Below, piece after piece: positions 7,719 through 18,100 of a stretch of DNA of 64,000 bases. Positions within the stretch are counted from its first letter, which is position 1; each line of letters starts with the position of its first letter. The translations under genes were made by a program, and so were the position numbers. The notes beneath the pieces were generated by a model. It did no database searches. It was not told the DNA's origin and saw only the letters and a list, made by a program, of their open reading frames with translations. This stretch comes from an uncultured Methanosarcinales archaeon (lineage in GTDB: Archaea > Nanobdellota > Nanobdellia > Woesearchaeales > 21-14-0-10-32-9), in the NCBI GenBank assembly GCA_964501945.1, contig CAZCTY010000001.1, positions 49,187 to 113,186 of the forward strand, read 5' to 3'.

Positions 7719-10444
7719 AAAAAAATAAACAAGACTGGATACTGAAAATAGGGATTTTCATAATTTTAACACTCATAACAATACAAACAACAAACGCACT
7801 AATAATAGAAACACCAGAATTAATAACAACACCAGAAGAGAAAATAGAATTTAAAATAAATATAAAAAACAACTCATCTAACGTAACAATAAAAACAGAA
7901 CCAGACATAGGAAAAATAACAAACCAAACACCTTTCACGTTCACATGGGACGTTAATTACGAGGATAAAACATACAAAGACATAATATTCATAGCAGAAG
8001 ATAACACAACAAAAACCAACTCAACAACAAGATTTGCAAAACCGCCAAAAATCACAGGACTTAATAACGACTCAATAGACAAAGAAACATACGAATTCAC
8101 ACTAAACACAGACATAGAAGCAACATGCAAATACGGATTAGAAAAAAAAGAACACAACGACCTAGAATACACAATGCAAACACAAGATAACAAAGCACAC
8201 AAAGGAACAACGCCAAAACTAAAACAAGACACACACACAATACACATAAACTGCAAAACAAACACAGGAGGAGAGAGTAAAGACTACTTCAAATTAGAAG
8301 TTAACCTGCCACCAACGGCGAGAATAAACCTCGAACCACCATCCCCACTAAGAGCAGGAATAATAGAAGTAGAAGTAATAACATCACAAGACCTAATAAC
8401 AGCGCCCGAACTTAGATATTTCTTCGACGACGATACATCTCCTAGAACAATAACCCTAACAGGCAGAGATAACAGGTGGACAGGACACATGATAATAGAG
8501 GAGACAACAAAAAGAAGAATAGGAACATTCACATTTAAAGGAAGAGACAAAACAAATATGGAGGGAGATGAAATAACCTCGGGAAAAACATTCATCGTAG
8601 ATAATAACAAACCAAAAACAATATCTAGCTTCACAGGAACAATGGAAGAAGATAGGATAAAATTAGAATGGAGATACTTAGATGAAGAGCTAGATGATAT
8701 AAAAGAATACAGAATATATAGACGAGAGAGAACTGGAGGCGTAGATTATACAGATTACTACCAAACAACACGAAACACATATTTTTACGATAGAGACGTA
8801 TCGCATAGCGAAGCATATTACTACAAAGTCACAGCGGTGAACCAAGCAGGAAGAGAGAGCGAACTCTCAAAAGAAATAGCACTAACATTCATCCCAGAAA
8901 CAAGAGAGGTGGAGGAGAGCGAAGAAGAACTAAAACCAATACTAAAAACACAACTAAATATAATAAAAAACCAAATAGATAACAAAATATTGAACTTAGA
9001 GACAACACAATCAAACCTTCAAAACAAGACAGACGAGAAAGCAGAAATAATACAAGATCTAAACTTACTACCAAAAATAATAACAGCCAAAAACAAATTA
9101 GAAAACATAAAAGAAGAACTAACAGACTTTGAGAAAAAATCACTGACAGAAACAGAATTTGAACAAATAACAAACCCACTAATTGAGGACGCAGAAAAAA
9201 TAGCTGAGGAAGCACTACAAGAAATAATAATAGAGGATGTAATAATATATGATGAAGAATTAAAAGAAGATATTGCTGAGAAGACCATAAAAAAATATCT
9301 TGAAACACAAAATATTAACCTAAGCCACAGAGATGCACAAAGATACATAGAGAACGCGATACAAGAACAAACACAATTCACAACAGAAGTAAAAATCATA
9401 AAAGCAAAAATAAAATATGCAAATAGAGAAGAGCCAATAACACATATAACAAAAAAAATAAAGAGTGATGAAAACCAACAAAACATAGTCTTACTAGATA
9501 ATATCAAATTAGATGAATTTGAAGAAATAAAATTCGTAGAATCTGTAACAAAAATAAAAGATGAAATAATAGCAAGACGATTAGATAATGCAGACGGAAA
9601 CAAAATAAGATATTACGCAACAGAGAACATAAGCGCAGATAACATACGTCAAACACAAACAATAATACTAAAAGAAGAAAAACTCGAGGAGACAAGAAAC
9701 CAAATAACAGCTATGGCAACAAAAGAGAGAGGAGATATAGAACACACACTCCTAATACCTCTAATTATAGCAATACTATCAGTACTAATACTATCAGTAT
9801 ACTACTTTAAAGACGATGAAACAACTATCATCGAGCTACTATCATTAAGAAACATAATACCAAAAAAAATATTTAAACAAAACCAACAACAAAGCAGAAA
9901 CCAAAAAATAGAACTAGAACAACCACCATCACTTGAAGAAACCAAAAACCTAGAACTAACTGAAAACGAAACAAAAACACTCACAAAATACACAACAAAA
10001 GAAGCTGATGCAAACAAGATACAAGAAACACAAAAAGAAGAACAAATAACAAAAACACAAGAACAACCAGAAGAACCAGAAGAACCAGAAGATGTATACA
10101 ACGTATTACACGATTTAAAAGACATGATGGAGGAGATATACTACGAAGATGACTTCGACGATTTTGAATATCTAAAAAAACTAAAACAAATAAGAAAAAA
10201 ATACAACAAAAAAGCGCCAGCAGGAAAAGAATTTATTTTAAAGACAGGAGAGAGAATAGACACAATAAATGAACTTAGACAGGCACTAAAAACAATGAGT
10301 AAAGAAACATTTAACCACCATGTAAACCAAGAAAAAAACGACTTCTACAAATGGATAAACGATGTATACAAATATAGGGGTCTTGCAAGAAGAATAAAAA
10401 GAGCAAAAACAAAAAAAGAAATAATAAAAAAACTAAAACCCTAA
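7715..10444 (+). CDS. Type I membrane surface protein: ectodomain with FN3-like module, TM helix, cytoplasmic E/K-rich region and C-terminal KNDF-W module
   Basis: The signal peptide ends in ITIQTTNALIIETP. An FN3-like segment is present (KEYRIYRRERTGGVDYTDYYQTTRNTYFYDRDVSHSEAYYYKVTAVNQAGRES). There is a coiled-coil region and a TM helix HTLLIPLIIAILSVLILSVYYF. The C-terminus reads ETFNHHVNQEKNDFYKWINDVYKYRGLARRIKRAKTKKEI. Confidence 0.7.
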   Translation: MKKNKQDWILKIGIFIILTLITIQTTNALIIETPELITTPEEKIEFKINIKNNSSNVTIKTEPDIGKITNQTPFTFTWDVNYEDKTYKDIIFIAEDNTTKTNSTTRFAKPPKITGLNNDSIDKETYEFTLNTDIEATCKYGLEKKEHNDLEYTMQTQDNKAHKGTTPKLKQDTHTIHINCKTNTGGESKDYFKLEVNLPPTARINLEPPSPLRAGIIEVEVITSQDLITAPELRYFFDDDTSPRTITLTGRDNRWTGHMIIEETTKRRIGTFTFKGRDKTNMEGDEITSGKTFIVDNNKPKTISSFTGTMEEDRIKLEWRYLDEELDDIKEYRIYRRERTGGVDYTDYYQTTRNTYFYDRDVSHSEAYYYKVTAVNQAGRESELSKEIALTFIPETREVEESEEELKPILKTQLNIIKNQIDNKILNLETTQSNLQNKTDEKAEIIQDLNLLPKIITAKNKLENIKEELTDFEKKSLTETEFEQITNPLIEDAEKIAEEALQEIIIEDVIIYDEELKEDIAEKTIKKYLETQNINLSHRDAQRYIENAIQEQTQFTTEVKIIKAKIKYANREEPITHITKKIKSDENQQNIVLLDNIKLDEFEEIKFVESVTKIKDEIIARRLDNADGNKIRYYATENISADNIRQTQTIILKEEKLEETRNQITAMATKERGDIEHTLLIPLIIAILSVLILSVYYFKDDETTIIELLSLRNIIPKKIFKQNQQQSRNQKIELEQPPSLEETKNLELTENETKTLTKYTTKEADANKIQETQKEEQITKTQEQPEEPEEPEDVYNVLHDLKDMMEEIYYEDDFDDFEYLKKLKQIRKKYNKKAPAGKEFILKTGERIDTINELRQALKTMSKETFNHHVNQEKNDFYKWINDVYKYRGLARRIKRAKTKKEIIKKLKP

Positions 10445-11340
10445 GCTGAAGGCGTAGCAGTAAATCTTAGAGTACCAGTACACTCTCCTTGAGGGTTAGG
10501 TGGAACATATAACTGCCAATAAACCTCCCAAATACTAGGAGCAGTCTCATCAGTTGCTTGAGGAATAGTAAAACCCATATCTTGATTAGATTCTGATAGA
10601 GGAGATTTATCTTCCCAATCAACAGAACTTGATGATGAAAACCTTTGATGCTCAACACCAATATCATCACCACGCTCACAAACCAAACCCAAACCATCAC
10701 CTTCTTCAACACCATAACCAAGAACACTAACATTAATATCCATGTTACCAATGTTAGCAATCAAAGCAGGAACATCCAAACTATAACTCATAACCGCCAC
10801 ATCACCATAATCAACAGTATCTGTAACGTTTAAAGCATACAACTCATTTATATCTGTGACATTTTCTAAAGAGCCGTTAAAACCCCAAGAGTCTTGAGCG
10901 CTTACATTACAAAACCACTCACCACTATTAGCATAATGAATAACATCAAAAGTACACGATGAATACGCTATGTATTCTCCATCATTATCATAAATCTCAC
11001 AACTACTATTAGTATAATGGACATTACCATCATCTTCCGCGCCGCTATGCGATGAGGAATGATAAAAAGTACCATTAACAGAAGTTATATCTTCCCAACC
11101 ATTCCAATCACGAATAGTAGCATTACAATAAACAGTCTTAAAATCACCCGCAACCAAAACAATGTCCTGATCAATATTAACTTCGAGCACCTCGGGGAGT
11201 GCGTTAGTAACATTTACACGAGTCACAGCTTCATCATATTCAAAATTTTGCTGCGCTGAAATAAAAGGCAAAAGAGCTAAAATAGATAAACATAGGACAA
11301 GACAAAACACCAATCCTTTGATTTTTAATCCATTCATCAT
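10441..11340 (-). CDS. Secreted protein, cassette family A (copy A1)
   Basis: The signal peptide ends in FISAQQ. It is a clear paralog of 52392..53267 (for example KTVYCNATIRDWNGWEDITSVNGTFY, HYTNSSCEIYDNDGEYIAYSSCTFDVIHYANSGEWFCNVSAQDSWGF, CTGTLRFTATPSA). Its C-terminal domain is also found in the 581-aa protein 22642..24387. Confidence 0.7.
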   Translation of the reverse strand: MMNGLKIKGLVFCLVLCLSILALLPFISAQQNFEYDEAVTRVNVTNALPEVLEVNIDQDIVLVAGDFKTVYCNATIRDWNGWEDITSVNGTFYHSSSHSGAEDDGNVHYTNSSCEIYDNDGEYIAYSSCTFDVIHYANSGEWFCNVSAQDSWGFNGSLENVTDINELYALNVTDTVDYGDVAVMSYSLDVPALIANIGNMDINVSVLGYGVEEGDGLGLVCERGDDIGVEHQRFSSSSSVDWEDKSPLSESNQDMGFTIPQATDETAPSIWEVYWQLYVPPNPQGECTGTLRFTATPSA

Positions 11341-11358
11341 AAAAACCTCATAAATACA

Positions 11359-12105
11359 TCAAGCACCTATTTCAGCATAAAAATAATACGTACTAGTACC
11401 AACAACCTGATCAGGCACAATACTCTGAAAATCAACTAAACTCCCAGTATTATAACTCTGCGTTCCTTTATTGATAGGAGTAGCATAAACCAAATCAGAA
11501 CCACTCGCAAGCAAAATCAAAGGAAAATCAGCATTGTTATGATCTTGAGGATTATTACTTACAAAAGTACTCGTACTCCTACAAGTATTCTCATCAATAT
11601 TAGTTAAACCTATAGATATCGTTGGATGAGTTTCCTCACTAAACGTTCTATTAACACTATCAGCAGAAGTAGAACTAAAACCTAAAGAGGAATCTTCATT
11701 TTCTATATCAATATCGGTAGGACAATCAATATCGGACCAATTAATAGAGTCACTACGACTAATAAAAACATTACCAGTCACATCCTCGTCCTCAAGCTCC
11801 CACCTAAAAATGGATTGACCTGACTCATCATCTAAAGTCAAAACACCTGTAAGGTTCCCCACGTATGCTTTCCACCTAGGGTTTTGCTGAACAACATCAA
11901 CTAAAATAGTATTAATGGTACCACCACTATCAGTTCTAGAGTCAGGAGAAACATCTGATCTACTCTCAGTCACACCGCTTTGAATTTCCAACCCTGTAGG
12001 CTGAGCCACGCTTATCTGAGCAGCTAATAAAAAAAACAAAAATACAGATAATAAGGAAAACAAAAATAACTTCAATTTTCCTTTACTTTTTTTGTTCGTT
12101 TCCAT
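11359..12105 (-). CDS. Secreted protein, cassette family B (copy B1); homologous to the C-terminal domain of the giant surface proteins
   Basis: The signal peptide ends in VAQP. Shared motifs are PRWKAYVGNLTG, IFRWELEDEDVTGNVFISRSDSINWSDIDCP and the C-terminal TYYFYAEI. It is a paralog of 53270..53980 and 55594..56349. Confidence 0.7.
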   Translation of the reverse strand: METNKKSKGKLKLFLFSLLSVFLFFLLAAQISVAQPTGLEIQSGVTESRSDVSPDSRTDSGGTINTILVDVVQQNPRWKAYVGNLTGVLTLDDESGQSIFRWELEDEDVTGNVFISRSDSINWSDIDCPTDIDIENEDSSLGFSSTSADSVNRTFSEETHPTISIGLTNIDENTCRSTSTFVSNNPQDHNNADFPLILLASGSDLVYATPINKGTQSYNTGSLVDFQSIVPDQVVGTSTYYFYAEIGA

Positions 12106-12154
12106 TTTTTTCTTCTCTATTTTTTATTTTTTATAAAAAAAACAAAAAAAGAAT

Positions 12155-12931
12155 TTAGTAAATCTCAACCCAAAAGTAATAAGGCGTTGTATCGCTATTT
12201 CCGAATTGGCCATTTTCAGCAACTAATAATTGAAAATCATAATCGCCACCATCATAACCATCTTTACCTTGCCTTGCACCTTCAGCCCTATCTTCTATTA
12301 TAGATGTAAAGATTAAAGCATCATTTTCATCAGTTAATAAAACAGCAGGAAAATCTCTTTCCGCCTCAGGATCTTCTTGCCTTTCACTATCAACAAAAGT
12401 ATAAGTAGTCCTACAACCATTAACAGTCGTAAAACCAACATAAAACTCAGGATGGCTAGTATAAGGATATGTTATGTTAATATTATCATAGTCTGTATCA
12501 AGCATCCCATAATAATCATACCACATACCTCTAAAAGTATCATCTTCTATATCTGCACAACCAACACTAGTCCAAGAAATAGTGTTATTTACAGACGCAT
12601 AAACTTGACCTTGAGGCTCAGCCGCAGACCAGTCATAAAACCTCATACCAGAAGAATCTTCTAATATGATTGTACCTGACACGTTCCCAAAGAAACCTTG
12701 CCAGCTCTTTGTCTGAGATACACCTGTGATGTTTAGCTCCGTTAAATTACCTGCTAGCGCAGGAACCATAGCTGCAGGGTACAGGCTCGTGTTAGAAGTT
12801 TCACTTCTTATAACAGTCGCGTTTTCAGCACCTAATGGCGCGTTAAACCCGTCGTTAGCAGAAACCAAACCTCCAAAAGCTATGATAAAAAGGCTTGCTA
12901 ACATTGCAATTTTAAACATTTTGACATTCAT
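12155..12931 (-). CDS. Secreted protein, cassette family C (copy C1); distant relative of family B
   Basis: The signal peptide ends in VSANDG. Shared motifs are SWQGFFGNVSG, FYDWSAAEPQGQVYASVNNTISWTSVGCADIEDD and the C-terminal TPYYFWVEIY. It is a paralog of 54009..54731. Confidence 0.7.
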   Translation of the reverse strand: MNVKMFKIAMLASLFIIAFGGLVSANDGFNAPLGAENATVIRSETSNTSLYPAAMVPALAGNLTELNITGVSQTKSWQGFFGNVSGTIILEDSSGMRFYDWSAAEPQGQVYASVNNTISWTSVGCADIEDDTFRGMWYDYYGMLDTDYDNINITYPYTSHPEFYVGFTTVNGCRTTYTFVDSERQEDPEAERDFPAVLLTDENDALIFTSIIEDRAEGARQGKDGYDGGDYDFQLLVAENGQFGNSDTTPYYFWVEIY

Positions 12932-13163
12932 TTTGATTTTTCACCTCTCGGTTTTTTTTATTGATCACGCACAAACCACGTAAACTCATATACAAATATG
13001 TATACTGATATATAAATCTTTCGAAAGGGGTTGGTTTTTCATCCTAAAAAATCAAAATTTTCAAGAAAGAAAGCCCAAAAACAAAAAATACATCAAAAGA
13101 AGAATATTTAACCAAAACAGAAGAAATAGACGAAGAACATATAAAGATATAAAAAAGAAACTA

Positions 13164-14087
13164 TCAATAATTTTCTAATAAATTAAGTAATTCCTCTCTA
13201 CTATAAACGCTTCTAATCTTGCGAGCGAGCTTCTCCTCACCAAAAACATGAAGCACCCACTCAGCAAAATCATTTTTACCCTCAAAGACATGCTTTTTAA
13301 AAACATCATCAGACATACCACGCAACTCATGAACCAAATCATTTAAACAAAGCAACAACTTACCATCAGCGAGAACAAAAGCCTTATCATGAGACACGTT
13401 TTTATTAAATAACTTAAAACGATCAGCCTTCCTAATTAACGCCTTAAGCTCCTCAGAAACCCTACCGATCTCATCTTCTTTTTCAACCAAAAGCTCCTTT
13501 GCAGCATTAAACTCTCTCGCCCTAATCAACCATTCCTCTTCAATTTCTTTTAATTTAAGCATTTTTTTATACAAAACATCTTCCAAATCCTGCTCGTGAA
13601 AAAAGAAATGCTCCCCTCTTGAACGAGCAGAATGATAACGCTTCATCATATCAACCAAATCAGATGAAATGTGCTTATCACTATCAGACTCACCGAGCTT
13701 TTTCTCTAAAACCTCAAAGAAAGACGGAAGCTTCTTAGACGAGACTTCCTCGCCAACATTATTATCTTGACTAGGCGAATTCTGGATAGGTGATTCTTGA
13801 TGGCTTTGCTTAATTGCATCGTTGTTTGAAGTATCACTATCTTTATTTTCAGAGGAATGCTCTTTAAAAAATTCAACACTAGATGAATTATCAAGCTTAT
13901 CAACAAAAATTTTTTTATCAGCAAGATCTTTTGGAAGCTGCCTCGGATGAGCTTCCTTAGACGCGACAGAACTTGATTCTTGATTAGCCAAACCATAAGT
14001 ATCAATTAAAGAATCAGGAAGAGACTTAGGAGCATCCAAACTAACATCTTTTTCAGAATCCTCACTTTTTTTATCCAACAAACCCAA
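13164..14087 (-). CDS. Cytoplasmic protein with disordered S/D/K-rich N-terminal half, coiled coil and C-terminal KNDF-W module
   Basis: No signal peptide or TM helix. The C-terminus reads LLLCLNDLVHELRGMSDDVFKKHVFEGKNDFAEWVLHVFGEEKLARKIRSVYSREELLNLLENY. Confidence 0.6.
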   Translation of the reverse strand: MGLLDKKSEDSEKDVSLDAPKSLPDSLIDTYGLANQESSSVASKEAHPRQLPKDLADKKIFVDKLDNSSSVEFFKEHSSENKDSDTSNNDAIKQSHQESPIQNSPSQDNNVGEEVSSKKLPSFFEVLEKKLGESDSDKHISSDLVDMMKRYHSARSRGEHFFFHEQDLEDVLYKKMLKLKEIEEEWLIRAREFNAAKELLVEKEDEIGRVSEELKALIRKADRFKLFNKNVSHDKAFVLADGKLLLCLNDLVHELRGMSDDVFKKHVFEGKNDFAEWVLHVFGEEKLARKIRSVYSREELLNLLENY

Positions 14088-14210
14088 AAAAACCCCTCTT
14101 TTTTACAATTAAAAATAATAACTAAATATATAAAGCTTTTTATTAAAAAAATAATAATAAAAATAACAAAAAGATTTAAAATAAAACAAAACTAAAACAC
14201 AAAATATACC

Positions 14211-15179
14211 ATGACATACCACAAACTACTAAAAAAAGTTCCAAAAGACAAAGAATTGAAACTAATAAGAGGAGTTACAGCACAAAACTACGAAGAATTA
14301 CTCACACAACTAATAAAAATAAAAGATGAAGATTTCAAAAAAATAATCAAAAAAGAAAACAAAATAATCAAATGGATAAAAGAAAACTACAATGACGAAA
14401 CACTAATTAACGAATTAAAAAATAAGAAAACCAAAAAAGAATACATGAAAAAAATATATGAGAGAATAGAGACAATAAAAAAAGAATCACAGGACCTCTC
14501 AACACTAATCAACCAAAGACAAAAACTAATAAAAAAGAAAACAAGCATCATGCCAATAATCTGGCTAAGTATATACATAATTTTAATCATACTACTAATA
14601 ACACAACACACATACTACACAAAACAAACAGACTACCTAAAAAACCGCGTAATAGACGAACAAGAAATAACAAAAAAATTCTACGAAGACAATATAAGAC
14701 TTAGAGAAAAAGAAACAGAACTGAGAGATGAAATACAAAAATTAAACGAAACAATAACCGAAATAGAGGAACAAAACACAGACCTAATGCAACAAATACG
14801 CGCACTAAACCTTGGAAGAACACAAGGACCAAAACCAAGGATTACAGAAGAAAACATAACAATAATAGATGAAGGCGTTATAATAAACGTTGATAATCCC
14901 TTATTTGCAATGTTTGAAGACACAAAATCAATGATACCAACAATAAACACCGATACAAAAGCAATACAAATAAAACCAAAAAATCCAGAAGACATACAAA
15001 AAGGAGATATAATAAGCTATGAGACGGAAGAGAAAATAATAATACACAGAGTTATAGAAGTAAATCAAGACGAAGAAGGATGGTACGCTACAACAAAAGG
15101 AGATAACACAAGACAACCAGACAGAGAAAAAGTAAGATTTGAACAAATAAGACGAATACTCATAGCACTAATATACTAA
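14211..15179 (+). CDS. Type I signal peptidase (S26B/Sec11-like) with an unusual N-terminal cytoplasmic extension, TM helix and coiled coil
   Basis: The C-terminal domain carries SPase boxes: the nucleophile box KSMIPTI, KGDIISY, the His box IIIHRVIEV (archaeal/ER Ser-His type) and GDN in TKGDNTRQPD. The TM helix is MPIIWLSIYIILIILLIT. The N-terminal approximately 90 aa resemble the KNDF-W module (EELLTQLIKIKDEDFKKIIKKENKIIKWIKENYNDETLINEL). Confidence 0.6.
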   Translation: MTYHKLLKKVPKDKELKLIRGVTAQNYEELLTQLIKIKDEDFKKIIKKENKIIKWIKENYNDETLINELKNKKTKKEYMKKIYERIETIKKESQDLSTLINQRQKLIKKKTSIMPIIWLSIYIILIILLITQHTYYTKQTDYLKNRVIDEQEITKKFYEDNIRLREKETELRDEIQKLNETITEIEEQNTDLMQQIRALNLGRTQGPKPRITEENITIIDEGVIINVDNPLFAMFEDTKSMIPTINTDTKAIQIKPKNPEDIQKGDIISYETEEKIIIHRVIEVNQDEEGWYATTKGDNTRQPDREKVRFEQIRRILIALIY

Positions 15180-15190
15180 AAAAAACATAA

Positions 15191-18100
15191 TTAAATTATC
15201 TCAATGTAAAAAGCCAACTTCTCATTACTACCAGAATAAGTCCTAAGCGTAGCAGGCACCCTGACTTCAAAGTCATAAATACCGAAACGACCCTCGCTAC
15301 TAGGATTAATCTCAGTAACAAAAACAACAGTTTCTTTGTCTGCAGAGTCAAAACGCTCATTACCAGAATCATCACTAGTATCCCAAAGGATGCCAGTAAC
15401 AAAATCATCATACTCAGTACTCGCAACAACAGGAACATTATTAACAGGGCCACTTGGAAGATTAAAAGTACGAGTCTCAACAGGCACCTCAGAACCCGCG
15501 CCCCACGTATTCCTAATAGAATCACTAAGACCCGCCGTGCCCATAACATCATCTAACGCAGAAAAATCACCACTCACAAGGCCGCCATCAACGTTCCGAG
15601 TGAGCGCTTGCAAATCACCATAAGAAAAGGACGCATCAACATCAGAAAAGAAAACCAAACCTCCTCTACTAGAGAGATTACGATACTCAATGAACATAGA
15701 CAAATCATCCTTACCAAGAACAATATCAGAACTAGAACTACCAAAATAATACTGATAAAGCTCAACATACAAAGAATTATTAGCAACATTGTTATCAACA
15801 GTAGTTTCATTAACAACGTCCTCAGGATCAACCACCACAAAAACATTATTAGAACCAAAAGACAAATCAAAATCAGCACCAACACTTACAACATCCAAAC
15901 TACCAAGCCCAGGAACTAAAGACGAGCTAATAAACTCCCCTCCCTCAACAGGATTACCAAGATAAAAAGAAACATTAAATGACTCCTCAGCATCACTAAG
16001 ACCCTCATTAGAAACATTAGCAAAAACACTAACCTCAACACCCTCAATTAACTCATCATAATCAAACCAAATATCATCATCACGAACAACCAAGTCAGGC
16101 GCAGAAATATTCAACAAGAAGTTCTCATCCGCAAAACCAACATTATCATAAGAATCAACACACTCAACGTTCCACTCATGAATACCAATATCAACAAGAA
16201 CACCCTCAAAAGTATTAGTTTCATTACTCACAACGTTAACATCAGTAACAACTTCCTCCAAGACACCACCATTACTACCCAAAAACAAAGTACAGTTATC
16301 CAAATTAAAATCATAAGGACGATAACTAAAATCAAACAAGCCCCTACCAGCCTCAAAACCATCCTCAGGATTAATAAGTGAAACATTAGGAGGAGTCACA
16401 TCAGGTGCAACCTCAAAAGTTGTAAAACTAGTCGCATCATCATAAGATTCAGCAGACGCTAAAACAACAGACGAATACAAACCTAAATCAACCCCTTGAG
16501 TATTCCACGAAAAAGAATCACAACCACAACTACCACTAGTCTCACCACTAAAAGAATCAACAAGAACTTCTTCACCAGAGACAAGAACCTCATCAACATC
16601 AGAATCTTTGATGTAAGTAACATTTAACTCAACCCAATACAAATACATAGTAATAGTAGCAGCCCCGCCACTCTTTACAACTTCTCCCTGAAGCCTAGTC
16701 CTATTAAGCTCAGACCAAGAAAGAGAAGAATAAGACTCAGTGATATCAAACCACTGCGAAGTCGTCTTACCAATAGTACCAGAAAAACGATTTAACTCAG
16801 TATAACTAGCACCATCATCAACACTATAATGAAAAATCCTATTACTGGCGCCTCCGCTCTCAGGCACCTCATACCTAAATCTGGCCTCAACTCTTTCAAT
16901 ATCCCCAAAAGTTTCATCAATAAAATCACGCCCATGAAGCAAAACATAACGATCACCACCACCGCTAGCCTCAATTACCGCGAAAGAATCATCATCCTTA
17001 CCAAGAATACTATCCAAATCAGAAAAAGAACCCCCTTCTTCATCATCAATATCACGATCATTAGCATTAAATAAAGCACTCTCAACCAAATCAAGCTCAA
17101 CAGAAGGACCGCCGGCGTTAGGATTATCATAATAAACATAATAAGAATCATAATTAACAATGTTAGCGTCAAGATTAACAGCGAAAGATACAAAACAAGA
17201 ATCAAGCGTTTCCCCATGAACAGTAAACAAAGACTCAACAGGATCTAAAGACTCATGATTAACAAACCTTAATTCATCACAACTCTCAACGCTACCCTCA
17301 AGACCGGTAATATTAACACTAGCCACGCCATCAACTAACTCAACACCAGAAGTTTCATTCATAACAATATTTCTTCTTCTACCCCAATCAGAATCCCACC
17401 AAGGAACACCAGTTTCACCACTAATAATGAACGCATCAAAAAAAGTATTAAGAGGACTTAAAAAAGCATCAGTACTATTAACCAAAATAGACGCAGGCGT
17501 GCCCACCTCCCATGAAGCCTCAGTCGAGACTTCAATGTTAATAGTATCATCATCAACACCAGTAAAAAAACGAGTCTCACTAACACCAGTATTATCAAAT
17601 ACATCAGTACACTCAACCCTCCAAGAATAATCATCCTCAACAACGCTTAGAGAAAAAAACTGAGAGGTGAACCTAGCAACATCCTCATCAACCTGATTTA
17701 ATTCACCATTAACATACAAAGAACAACTCTCAATAGGAGATGAATCATTAACATTATAATTTAAACTCCGCGTCCCAGTAGAAATTAAAGAATTATTACC
17801 AGGACTCTCAAGCAAAACAACAGGAGGAGACACATCTAAAACATTAACAGAATAAGTAATATTATCATAAAAATAATTATCAGTCTCATTGAAAACCAAA
17901 GAAACATTATAAGAACCAGGATCCTCAAATAATAAATCTTCCTCAACAAAACCATTACCAGAAGATATTAAATCATTATTCAAATACAATTCTAAATAAC
18001 CCTCATCAGGAATAGCAACGTCTCCTGCGATGCTTACAACTTCATTTTCATCAATAACCAAATCATCCTCAACACCATTTAAAGAAAGACTAAACACTGG

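Noticed and set aside
10441-11340. Possible diversity-generating retroelement target (C-terminal variable domain in the family A proteins and the 581-aa protein)
   Set aside because: No reverse transcriptase ORF (no YxDD-type motif) and no template-repeat candidate in the window. Nucleotide differences between the A1 and A2 3' ends involve all four bases rather than being adenine-specific.
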